Shown piece after piece: positions 1 to 13,537 of a DNA stretch of 48,677 nt; position 1 is the stretch's first letter; every line of letters begins with the position of its first letter. The stretch is from Trichoplax sp. H2 (taxonomy: Eukaryota): NCBI GenBank assembly GCA_003344405.1, contig NOWV01000323.1:1-48677 (forward strand). Direction: 5' to 3'. The translations under genes and the position numbers were made by a program. The notes beneath the pieces were generated by a model. It made no database searches and was not told where the DNA came from. It worked only from the letters and a program-made list of their open reading frames with translations.

Positions 1-695
1 TGCACTCCTGCAGGTCCACTAGTACAGTATGTCAATATGACTGCTATAAGAGAAGGATAGGAAAGGCTTTTTGTAGGCCAAAATTTGCAAGAGCGACATT
101 TTGAGAGATCATTTTAAATCATTTTAACTGCACTGTCCATCTGCATCTGAGTTAACGTACTACAGTATGGTAGCAGTTACTTTAATATCAGCAGACCTGC
201 ACTCCTGCAGGTCCACTAGTACAGTATGTCAATATGACTGCTATAAGAGAAGGATAGGAAAGGCTTTCTGTAGGCCAAAATTTGCAAGAGCGACATTTTG
301 ACAGATCATTTTAAATCATTTTAATTGCACTGTCCATCTGCATCTGAGTTAATGTACTACAATACAGTACTAGTTATTATCAGAAGACCTGCACCCCTGC
401 AGGTCCACTAGTACAGTATGTCAATATGACTGCTATAAGAGAAGGATAGGAAAGGCTTTCTGTAGGCCAAAATTGCAAGAGCGACATTTTGACTGATCAT
501 TTTAACTGTCCATCTGCATCTGAGTTAACGTACTACAGTATAGTACCAGTTACTATCAGCAGACCTGCACTCCTGCAGGTACACTAGTACAGTATGTCAA
601 TATGACTACTATAAGGGAAGGATAGGAAAGGGCTATCTGTAGGCCAAAATTGCAAGAGCGACATTTTGAATGATCATTTTAGCTGCACTGTCCAT
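1..695. repeat. Tandem repeat, ~176-197 bp unit, about 3.7 copies visible (probably continues upstream of the window)
   Basis: Units start at 1, 198, 390 and 566 with TGCACYCCTGCAGGTMCACTAGTACAGTATGTCAATATGACT... and are near-identical apart from small indels. The junctions carry the hairpin GACCTGCA-CYCC-TGCAGGTC (last base A in copy 4). Confidence 0.95.
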
Positions 696-1262
696 TTGTA
701 GCCGTAGATTGTATTGGTGACAAATAGACTGACCAAGAGTAGCCACCGAGTTGGTTAGCTACAGTACAGTGTACGGTTTGAGTCTTGCAATATAGTAAAA
801 TAAGGAGTAAAAAGGCTCTTTTTTCAGGGACAAGTCGTTTCTTGTCCATCTCTTTTGGTAGTCCATGTTGACAACGATTTTGCCTGTGTCAAAACTTTCC
901 TTGACTACAGATAATGTATAATCGTCATGGAATAGAACTAGACCAGATCTTGCCATTTCGATCATCTTGTACATATATATATATACAGTATATACTAGTA
1001 GTACATTATATGTCTTTTTGTCCATACCCATAATCATGGATATTCCATTTTCCTAGCAGAGCGGTGTGGAAAATGGCTCCACCATTGAACAAATGGGTCG
1101 GTTTTCTTTGTCTGTACGCTAGATGAGAAAAAGAAAAACGTACAGTGTACAGTATGGCGCGAGAGAGCGTTTTCTGCGCCTTTCAATCAACGCTTTGTTT
1201 CTTCTACTGTATAGTAGAAGAAGGAAAATCACGCAATCAATGTCAGGCCAGTACAGTACAGT

Positions 1263-1273
1263 ATGAGTCAGCA
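1263..1273 (+). promoter_or_regulatory. ARE / CNC-sMaf-type motif upstream of PSMC5
   Basis: ATGAGTCAGCA matches RTGA(C/G)TCAGCA and lies ~230 bp upstream of the proteasome subunit start codon. Confidence 0.5.
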
Positions 1274-1501
1274 TTCAGTACATACCGTCCAGTGAGATGC
1301 GCATGCGTGCCATGTTGTCCTGTGCTGTACACTAAAGCGGTAATGGACAGACGGGACAATACTGTACTGTCCATTACACCTGGTTAACTTGATACTAAAC
1401 GCGGTAGAGTAAGCGTAGACAACGGCCATTTAGCGGCGCACCAACACCAAACGCACACCACTGCACTTTCAAACGCTCGCTATCACAGGTCACGAACAAA
1501 G

Positions 1502-4561
<3,060 letters not shown>

Positions 4562-4718
4562 TAATACTTAATATTGCGTTACGCTAGCAGAGCATTGGTC
4601 TTTTTGTATGTGGTATTACTTGGATAATAATTGTTTAATCATGTAGCATTTCGGAGGCTATGATTAGTTTTTTTATCGATAGCTTGACCTTTGAGTAGCT
4701 ATTATAGATATTATATTT

Positions 4719-4724
4719 AATAAA
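4719..4724 (+). terminator. Candidate polyadenylation signal of PSMC5
   Basis: AATAAA ~160 nt after the stop codon. Confidence 0.5.
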
Positions 4725-5414
4725 ACTTCTACTTCATAAGACAAATCTCAATTGTAAAAAATGATCCTACGAGCTAGTTATGTATCACTAGTACTGTACT
4801 AGTTGCAGATCTACTGTGATATTGTCATAATTTGTAGACTTTTAATTTAATCTGTTTCGGCTATTTGACTATTGTAATAAAAAATTTGATAATGGTTATC
4901 ACAGGAAATGAGACTGCATTGTGCTTGATAATAATTTATACGAAAACTGTAATAGTAAAGGTTGTTACTGAAATGATGGCTTATTGCAAGGCAGTTATAT
5001 TATAGGTTGCAATCATCAGTAATCCCAATTGCAGATTCGAAATAGTCAAACATTTATTATTTTTTACAGAAGTGAAGGATACTTTAAGAGTTTGATTAGG
5101 TAAAAAATTAATAAGTGTATTTAGTTCATACTTAATAATAATAGAATAGTTATGCTTAACTTACTGTATGCTCAAATGCGCGAGACTTGGTTAGAAGTAA
5201 TACTTATTACAGTTTTATCTATTTTATAATGAGCAGTAACATAACCGATAACACGTAAATTAATAAGATAATAGAAATTTATGTCGCCATGTCAATATCA
5301 CATGACGGACTGTCCGCAACAACTATGTACAGTGAAGGAAATAGAATAACAAGATGCAAGTACGATGATATTCTCTTTCTTATGATATGGTTTGATGAGT
5401 TATTAAATGATATA

Positions 5415-6950
5415 TTATGCAACGTAAATCACGTTATGCTTTTCAAGAACTTCAATATCCTTTTCTAACTGTTGCATCTCTTTCTCTAAGTTTTCCTTCT
5501 TCTGTTTCTTCGGTAATGTATCTATGACAACAGAAAGGCCCTGATATTGGCGGTGAAGTTCATCCCAATTAGCTCTGAGCCCAGATAACATTTCTTCCCT
5601 ATAATAAATATAAAGTATTATTACCTTTCGTTCGTATCTCCGCAAATTAAGTACTATAAAGTGTGAAAATTAAAAACTTCACAGCAGCCGAATAGAGTGT
5701 AATTGTATCGCACAGTTTAGTTTAATCTATACCTTTCTGAATCTGAAATTTGGTGAAGCTTTCCGGCTTCTATCCGTTGTTGAATATATTCATCATATTC
5801 TTTCTGGTTGCGATCAATTTCTTCTTTACGCTTTTGAAGATAGGTAGGTGTTTTGCCGAAATCTTTCTTGTAAACATATTTAGGAACAAGACCTGAGGTT
5901 TCTAAGATATGCCTTGTTCCTTTTTCTGAATCGACATAAGCTGGTTCAACCTTCCTAGATGCTGTAACCATATTTTAACAATCATTACTTACTGTACCAA
6001 TCGGTGCTCAATACATGTATTTCATTAACTAATGAACTAATAATCTTTTCAAAGAAATCCATATTTTATAGATGATTTTAATATAGTACTAATTCTTACG
6101 TTTCATAATGTTTTCGACAGCATTAGTAGTGATAAAATTCTTCTTTGATTGCAGCCCCATCAATGGTTTTTCATTCTTCTTTGGGACTGCTGGTCGGCGT
6201 TTATCGGAATCAGGGTAATTAAATTGTTTTTCTAATAACAACATTATTAAGTACGTTAAATTGTGCTTTTCATTTTGCTTAAATTTGCTAATGAAATACA
6301 GTTTAGGAATACATACTATTAGGTAATTTAATTTCTCCAGAATGTTTCTTTAAGAAATCTTTTGGTGGAGTAGTCTTTGCTTTGAGGGGACCCTAATACA
6401 TAAATCGAAATTGATATGAAGATTAATTCAAATCTCGTCCAAAGGATTATAACCGATATTTATTTGAAGCATCTACCTATTATTTTTCTGGTCATACTCT
6501 GAACTACTAAAAAGTGATTATACGTACCATAGTTTTTGCGGGAGATTTAACTTTTTTGACATCATCTCTGACTGTACCAGAAAATTTTGAAACGTATCTA
6601 TTAACAATTAAGATAAGTATCGTTAGTCAGTTGCTTTGCCAGTAATGAACAAGTATTATTGAAACAAATAACGCTATGAGTTTGAATAGTAAAATGTGCG
6701 AATGGAGCAATATAGTGTCATATTTTGCTATTCCTTGTGTAGTTTAGTTACATATATTGGATTATCGAATAACTATATGGACAGAAATTGATTATCATTG
6801 CGAATAAAGTCGTTCTTTGCTTGCCGATGTAAACGTAGCATGCCATATAGGGTACATTAATTAAGTCGTAGAAGCAAACCTTTTCTCCTTGATAGAAATT
6901 TCCTCCACTTTGGGGATTAAATTGTAGATACTTTCACCGCAATCAACCAT
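5415..6950 (-). CDS. ENKUR: Enkurin, ciliary/flagellar protein (~253 aa, 6 coding exons)
   Basis: Exons (minus): 6950-6880, 6597-6528, 6392-6317, 6231-6100, 5961-5733, 5598-5415. Translation: MVDCGESIYNLIP...RYVSKF...KTMGP...PKDFLKKHS...KNFITTNA...SGLVPKYVYKKDFGKTPTYL...GLRANWDELHRQYQGLSVVIDTLPKKQKKENLEKEMQQLEKDIEVLEKH, which follows enkurin throughout. A probable 5'UTR intron spans 7199-6968. Confidence 0.95.
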
Positions 6951-7160
6951 CTTTCAATTTTATTCGACTAAAGAAGTAATAAGATCTTCCAAAAAGGCAA
7001 CTTGTATAAAGATATTTTGTCTTTTTAGTTTCAAGAACGTGCGTGTATATTAATTGACACCGTAGCGATTAAGAGCAGCAACGTCCAAAATCATATAAGT
7101 AATCCTTGTGTGAGGAACCGATTATATATCTCCTATTGACTGGTTTATACTAGTATACAG

Positions 7161-7187
7161 TATATATGTATATATATATATATATAT
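7161..7187. repeat. (TA)n microsatellite
   Basis: tatatatgtatatatatatatatatat, inside the probable enkurin 5'UTR intron. Confidence 0.85.
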
Positions 7188-7232
7188 TGACTGGCGTACC
7201 TGGGATGAAATCATCCCATTCAGTTCTTTTTA

Positions 7233-7272
7233 ACTGCATAGCAACCGCATAACAACTTAGTTGCTAGGCAAT
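7233..7272. promoter_or_regulatory. Cluster of RFX X-box-like motifs at the enkurin promoter
   Basis: GTTGCTAGGCAAT (7260-7272), ACTGCATAGCAAC (7233-7245; reverse complement GTTGCTATGCAGT) and CCGCATAACAAC (7245-7256) lie just upstream of a ciliary gene. Confidence 0.65.
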
Positions 7273-8521
7273 GGTTAATTTACTTTTATGCTTCCCAGAG
7301 ACGCAAGCACACTCCAGTACTCTAAAGAAAAGACTACAGTAGACTAGTGTACCGCCTGTACTTGACTGCAATGTATAGTTAGTACTATGCTACAAACGGT
7401 TCGGTAAAAGGAGTGTATGTAACCTAGATACATAATCATCTTATACCGTACACTTAAAATATAGCAACTAATTACTGAAGATTCAAATGGCTCAAATATA
7501 GTTCAAAACACTTAGAAAATATGCTAACGTTGAGTAAGTACAGCTGGCTTTAGTTTACTGTACTGTATATGAAACAGCATAGTGTACTATACTATACGGT
7601 AGCGTATAAGTGATGGAGAGAGAAGTGCAGTGTTGACTTCCAGCTACTCTGTTAATGATAGATTTCAACATTACAAAATAATTTTTAGCGAACAGCATAA
7701 ATTATATATAATTACACACAATATTTAAAGTCACTTAACGAGATTTTATTCCAGTTTTAACAACAACTTTTCGACTTTTGCGCTTCGTTTAACACCATTT
7801 TAATATTACCAACAATGCGGTGTAGCCAATGTCATTTTAATTATAAATATACTTTATATTCGTAAAGGTGGGAATTACAACATGTGCCCGTATAACTTGA
7901 CTTGGTTTTCATCGAAATTCTCCGGTTAACATCAAATAATTCAAAGTCGTTATGCATAAGCAGATTCTGTCTAACTAGGACGTAAAATAAATCTTAGAAT
8001 ATGGTGTTTGTTATATGGCATGTTAGGATATAATTTTCATCAATATTGTATTTATGAAGACCTATCAATACCGTTAATCAACATACCATCAAAAGATAGG
8101 AATTGAATAAGCATCATTCGAGTTCTGTTAATGCTGGTTGCTTACGTAAATTTGTATATTTTTCTCCAGTAGTAAGCAGATTCCTTTCCTATTATTATTA
8201 AGGATTATTACAGTAACTGTAGTAATAGCAAATTAAGGTACAATACGTAGTAGGTCTTGCAGTCTATTCTAATATTGCTAATAATATTAACTGATCGATT
8301 TCCATAGCTGACTAGGTAATGTATTACGTTAAGATAAACACCCAAAATATCTATAGCATATTTACCTTTTGACTATAAGAGGATTTTCTTCCTATACTCG
8401 TATGACACAATATTGGAAAAAAATAATGCACCGCAGTTCTTCAATTTCAATATCGTCATAAATATTTACAACATAATTATAAATATAAATAATAAAAAAC
8501 AAGTCAATTCAGGTGATAATG

Positions 8522-11424
8522 CTAACTTAGTTTTGAGGACTTGTCTGACTCTGATGGATCATTCCCTGACGTATATGGATCTCCCCTTCTTAATTTCCTT
8601 TATATTGTCGTTAATAAAGCAGATATTTTGGTGCAGTATACACACACGCTCGGGGTTTGTTGGTCGAACAATACACATAACATAGAATAAGAAACTATGA
8701 CTGTTATCCAGTACAAACTACAAGTCTAAAATATTATTTGTATACCGTTTGATTGTTGGTTCCTTGTATGACTTAATTGACATAGCCGTACGTCGACGAG
8801 GACGACCAGATCCTGTATTTTTTTCAGCATGTGATTCATTGCCGTCATGCAACACTAAATTATCTAAATATAAAGTACTCGCTATTAATGTATGTATTTA
8901 AACATCCCCATAATAGCCATTTGCAGACTTACCTGTTGCTATGGGCTGTAACTGTTGCTTATCTGCTACAAAAGGAAAAACAGGATGACTCTTTTCTGCT
9001 GAGAGAGCAGCAAATGTACAATCATAGAAATAGGATGATAATACTACTACAGTATTAAATTCATTCAATTAATTCTAGGTACTTACCATCTGCCAATGTT
9101 GTACGGGTTGATTTAGAAATTGTTGTGTCGCCATTGGAAGTAATACAGGATTGAATCTCGCCTGTTATTTCGATCACTTTGCTGAGTAATTCCATGTTAA
9201 TACTAAAATTGCCGGCAATTTCTTGCAGGAATCCATGCATTTTTTCAAAGTAGGTCTATCCAATGTTAGTCGTTAGTCTTTACAGGATCAGTAACGTTAC
9301 AAAGTACTTTATTCACCTGTAAACAGTCTTCATGGTGTTCACAAGATTGAATTTTACTTTCAGCATTTGCTAAGCGAAAATTTAGATCTTGCCTTTCGCG
9401 CATTAGTTCTAAGTTGGTATCAAGGAGTTTCCTATTTTCATTTTTTGCAAATTCTGTAATAAAAAAAGGGGAGGTGGGGTGAATTATTCTTATATAAAAA
9501 CGTCAAAGTCATGATTAGCTGTAACGCGCTATGATTGTAGTCATATCAATAGGCCTCAACGTTGATCCAAACCTAATGCAACTGCTAATTCTCGATTATT
9601 CTCAAGGACAGTCTTGAGATCTTGTTGATAATTATCTAGAAAATCAGAAAGAAATTTGGTCTAGGCAAACAAGAATTTTCATAAAGTAAAATAAGAGAAA
9701 ATTATTTTCAGTCTTTGCTATAAGTGAAATTTTCGAATCATTGAAAATTGCTACAACATAGCACATGCCATTAAAGACCACCAGTTTTACGTCAAAAGTT
9801 AACTATTATAACTGCAAAAACGATGCTAATACTAACCACGCTATCGTAAGTCATTGCTCAATGTGAATAAGCATGCTATGGTTGTATCATGGTACAGTTC
9901 TAGCTGTAAAAGTGTAAATACTACTTGGTCATCGTTAATATAGTAATTGTTTGAATTACCATAGACTAAGTTCCATATTAAGCAATGACTATGATTGCCG
10001 TTCAATTTCAACATTTTAGTATCAAATTTCCAGAATTGAAAAGCCTGTCCGTAGCGAATGCTTGCTTGGTTGAGAAAGTTTAATCATGACTAAAGTTATT
10101 CCTGACTAAAAGACAACTACTTACGCATACAGTATGACATTGATTGAGCAATGACAGCGCACAGTATATAACGCACCTGAATTAGTTTGCATCTCTTGAT
10201 TGGTTTCTGGATAATTTAAAGAAGATCCTGTTGCGTTTACTTTTTTTTTATTCCTACGATCAGTCTAAACAAGCAATCCAAGATAGAATTGGTTATGTAT
10301 TCGATTTTGACATAGGCGAGCTAGGCTATATGGAATCGCGTTGGCTTGGTAGGAATGTGTCAAGGTAGGGAAAGCTGCTTGATGTATATTCCATACGAAT
10401 ATCATGAGCTATTGCGTTGAGTTTCAGGGGGTTGGCTCAAACTACCACATTCTCTACATGCATTACGCCATCACAAGGTGAATCGGCAATCGTGGTAGAC
10501 ATTGCTAGCTACCTTTTGGAGAACGACTAAACTTTGCAATGGATTAAACAGGAGTCAAGCAATGGTTACTGCAAAAACAACTTTGCAACCATCGAAGATA
10601 TTCTCCCCTATTCTGCCACTGATATTTTTACATTACAAGTCATTTCTTTTCCCCACTACAGTCTACATTCTTATCACGCGCATAACATACAGCAATCAAT
10701 CAATCATAATCATACTATATCATAAGCCATAGTTTGAAATAAAATGTTTATTTTTATTCTGCGTTAGGCTGCATCCCTCTGATGCATCCACTGTCTGCTA
10801 TCCCCCCATCCATCAATCCATACCATAGAGGATTGATAAATGGATTCATAGATTCATAGTTTAGCAATCTTTGCAACTAGAGTAGACGTCCAATGACCAA
10901 ATTGAAATTGACTTTACTATTATTGGACGTATACTCCATCATTATAAATTTGTCCTTAACCTAGAGATCAAAGATTGAGCGTCCATCCATCGACTACTCG
11001 AGACGACAGACGGGTATCGGGTAGTCGAGCTCAGATGGATTGCATTGAAGTGTTTTGTGACGCGCGCACGACCACGACACGCGTCGCAGATTGAGTTGCG
11101 AGGGTGTGCGCTCGTTCGTAACGCCTGGTCGCTTCATTCACTGCCTGCGATTGACCGAGAATACATTGACTCTCGTCTACAGCAGATCTCGGACGCACTG
11201 GCACTACATCGCAATGTGGAAGGCGGCCAGGCTAGGACAAGATATGTTGCAAGTTTACCATGTCGAAAAGATCAATACAAGTTGGAGAGGGGTAAAAAGA
11301 AAGTTCAGGTAATCATCCGATCTTAAGGTATATCCGTTACGTTGAGTCTATCTAACCTTTTTCGAGGGCATTTTTTATGTACTTCCAAAGTCCTCGATGG
11401 TTTCAACTTTTCAATATCAGTCAT
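8522..11424 (-). CDS. SGO1: Shugoshin, centromeric cohesion protector (compact, ~255-266 aa; first exon tentative)
   Basis: Exons (minus): 11424-11341 (tentative), 10264-10177 (probable), 9635-9573, 9453-9317, 9255-9087, 8998(or 8965)-8933, 8863-8746, 8597-8522, all phase-compatible. They encode an N-terminal coiled coil LKTVLENNRELAVALEFAKNENRKLLDTNLELMRERQDLNFRL and a C-terminal SGO motif RPRRRTAMSIKSYKEPTIKRKLRRGDPYT. The symbol denotes the family, not resolved SGO1/SGO2 orthology. Confidence 0.88.
10770..11308 (+). ncRNA. Candidate structured RNA element of unknown family (multiple consecutive stem-loops)
   Basis: Stems: 10812-10819/10830-10837; 10880-10896/10920-10936; 10990-11001/11017-11028; 11054-11064/11080-11090; 11095-11101/11116-11122; 11123-11134/11221-11232, the last enclosing a three-way junction. 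Wobble pairs read G-U on the + strand. The 3' half is GC-rich relative to the flanks. Confidence 0.45.
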
Positions 11425-11676
11425 CCAGTCGCTAAGAAAACGACTGCACTACATGACATGGGTATTTTTCCTACATCGACTGCAAATGTTACGTTGAACC
11501 ATTAAAGCGAGCATTTTGGAAAGTACCGTGGCAAAAGTCCGTACAAGGTACAGTATACAGTACACTAAACAGTTGCAGTAGATGACAACATGCCATTCTA
11601 TGCATTTCGATGTTGATACGTCTCTACGCAATCATGTTAAGACGTTAAACAGCATCGTCTTTTCGCTGTGAAAACG

Positions 11677-11728
11677 GAGTAAAACTTTGTCACTGAAAAC
11701 TTTGTCACTGAGTGACAAAGTTTTACTC
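11677..11728. repeat. Perfect 18-bp inverted repeat with an internal direct duplication
   Basis: GAGTAAAACTTTGTCACT (11677-11694) ... AGTGACAAAGTTTTACTC (11711-11728). The spacer is a second copy of AAAACTTTGTCACTG. Confidence 0.9.
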
Positions 11729-13537
11729 AGCTTGACTCTTACACGAACCGTAGACAATAGAAATTTCTATGCTCTGATAGATAGTGAATGGGCAGCATAT
11801 CGTGTTACAGTACTGTACACTTTATTTTTGCACTTGTACACTAATGGACATTAATGTTCAGTACAGTGTACAGTGTACAGTGCATTTTTAGCACAGTTTA
11901 CTTGTACAGTACAGTATGTACTGTACTCATGAACTACTCATCATCGACTACTGTACAGTACTGTAGAATACGGTGTTGCTAAGAGCTTTTTTGATTGAAC
12001 TAGTAGTAAAGTAATCCATGAACTACCGCAGAACAGAAAGACAGACCTACTGTAGGCTTCTTGTAGCGCCTAGAGCATTAATATCATTCGATATTTAGTT
12101 TTAAGAAAAGGGTGCTTTGGATTACGGATTGGGCAAGAAAGAAATACAGAGTACAGTACAGTTACTGCACAGTTTTTATCATAGAATGAGGTAAGAGGAA
12201 GAGAATCATGGAAAATCTTACCTTGATATGGTAAGAAGTTACTAAGAACAAAACGACTTCGATAAGTGCCGTTACATCAGTAGGATTTTAATGATTGCAC
12301 GATAGTGCCTTGGTAGACATCTACCAAGGCATTCATGAACAGTAGACAATGTAGCAATTAGAGTAAGAAATCATTTCAAATACAGGACTAAATCAAAAAT
12401 ATTTCTTGACAAGAATATTAACTACACGCTTATTATTGTCAAGATATTGAAGTACGTATGTCATGAGTCATGACCGGAACTAGATGATGATAAACTGTGG
12501 TTAAATGACTGATAACTAATTGTAATGGGCCTTGCGGCTAATGAATCAAATAAAGTATGAAAAGACTGTATATCAAAATGAAGTTTAATGTTGTCATCCG
12601 TAGTAATGATGAGAACGATCCATCTCGCGCAATCATCTCAAGTATCGTTAGGTTAGAAAGAGAATAAGTGAACTATGAAAAATAAAGTTTCTGATGTACT
12701 GTTATGATCACTTTATTTGTACCATACAGTACTGTAGGTTGCACAATGGACATGGATTACCATTATGGGATATCCTCGAGCTTTCCAATCGATCATATTA
12801 TTATAAATAGTGATGCGATGTATTGAATGAATTAGTAAACTCATTTTCTCCTTTTCCGATATGATTTTTATAGCATATATCTATTAATTATGCAATAACA
12901 CTAGTCCGTAGTGATCGTATTGAAAGTGGAAGACCCGGAAGTAGCTTAAATACGATAGATTGCGTATTCCTGTCAATTGACCGACATTGATTTTGCTCTA
13001 TTGAAATAAATTATCACTTTCGCCAATGACTAGTATAATTCATCTCCAGCTTTAGAAGTTTACGATGGCCAGCAAGTATTGAATATTTTATTATCATTTC
13101 TAGTTCTATGCCTAAGATACCAGAGAAGTATACTGTACTTCATTAAATAATGGCAGTTGATCGTACCATCAGATGACAGCTTTTTCTCGTCATCAGTTCT
13201 ATACAGTTGGGTATACAGTGATAACCACCTGCAGACAGGTTGGCATCAATACAATTATAATGACATCAAATATATAGGTCATCAAAATTTGTAAATAAGA
13301 TCAACAGTAGTAGGATTGGTCAGTAGACATACGTAGACGATCAATTACTATAGTTTTATTGTCTTTGAATATAATTTATTCTGTTTAACATATTGCCTAA
13401 AGGAACAGGTTACGTCAACTCCTCTTTGTTTCATTTTGAGTAAATCGTTAATAGGCGACCAACTGAATTGGTACGTATGTTAGTTGCTCCTCGAGAGTAG
13501 ATGCCTTCATTTTATCTAATAACAGTAAAAAAGTAAG

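Noticed and set aside
1..695. Repeat units as tandem coding exons on the minus strand (each has a pyrimidine tract plus AG)
   Set aside because: The 41-44 nt candidate exon is not phase-symmetric, and two of its three frames contain stops.
759..1037. 92-aa minus-strand ORF divergent from PSMC5
   Set aside because: The MARSGLVLFH... portion could be a first exon, but I recognise no family and see no downstream exon. Its 5' part runs through a TA-rich tract.
9925..10140. Alternative shugoshin 5' exons (MSYCM at 10140-10125; YGNSNNYYINDDQ at ~9966-9925)
   Set aside because: The second piece is phase-incompatible with the coiled-coil exon. The first is possible but less convincing than 10264-10177, and this cannot be resolved without transcripts.
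10954..10964. U12-type branch site (TCCTTAAC followed by AG)
   Set aside because: No RTATCCTT donor was found upstream, and there is no + strand gene model at this position.
10770..11308. Telomerase RNA, RNase P/MRP, SRP RNA, snRNA or hammerhead identity for the structured block
   Set aside because: By eye I found no CCCTAA template, P4 consensus, SRP helix-8 motif, snRNA 5' signature or CUGANGA/GAAA core.
11045..11326. Overlapping + strand ORFs of 93 and 73 aa
   Set aside because: Both have non-ATG starts and no recognisable motifs. Open frames are expected in this GC-rich structured segment.
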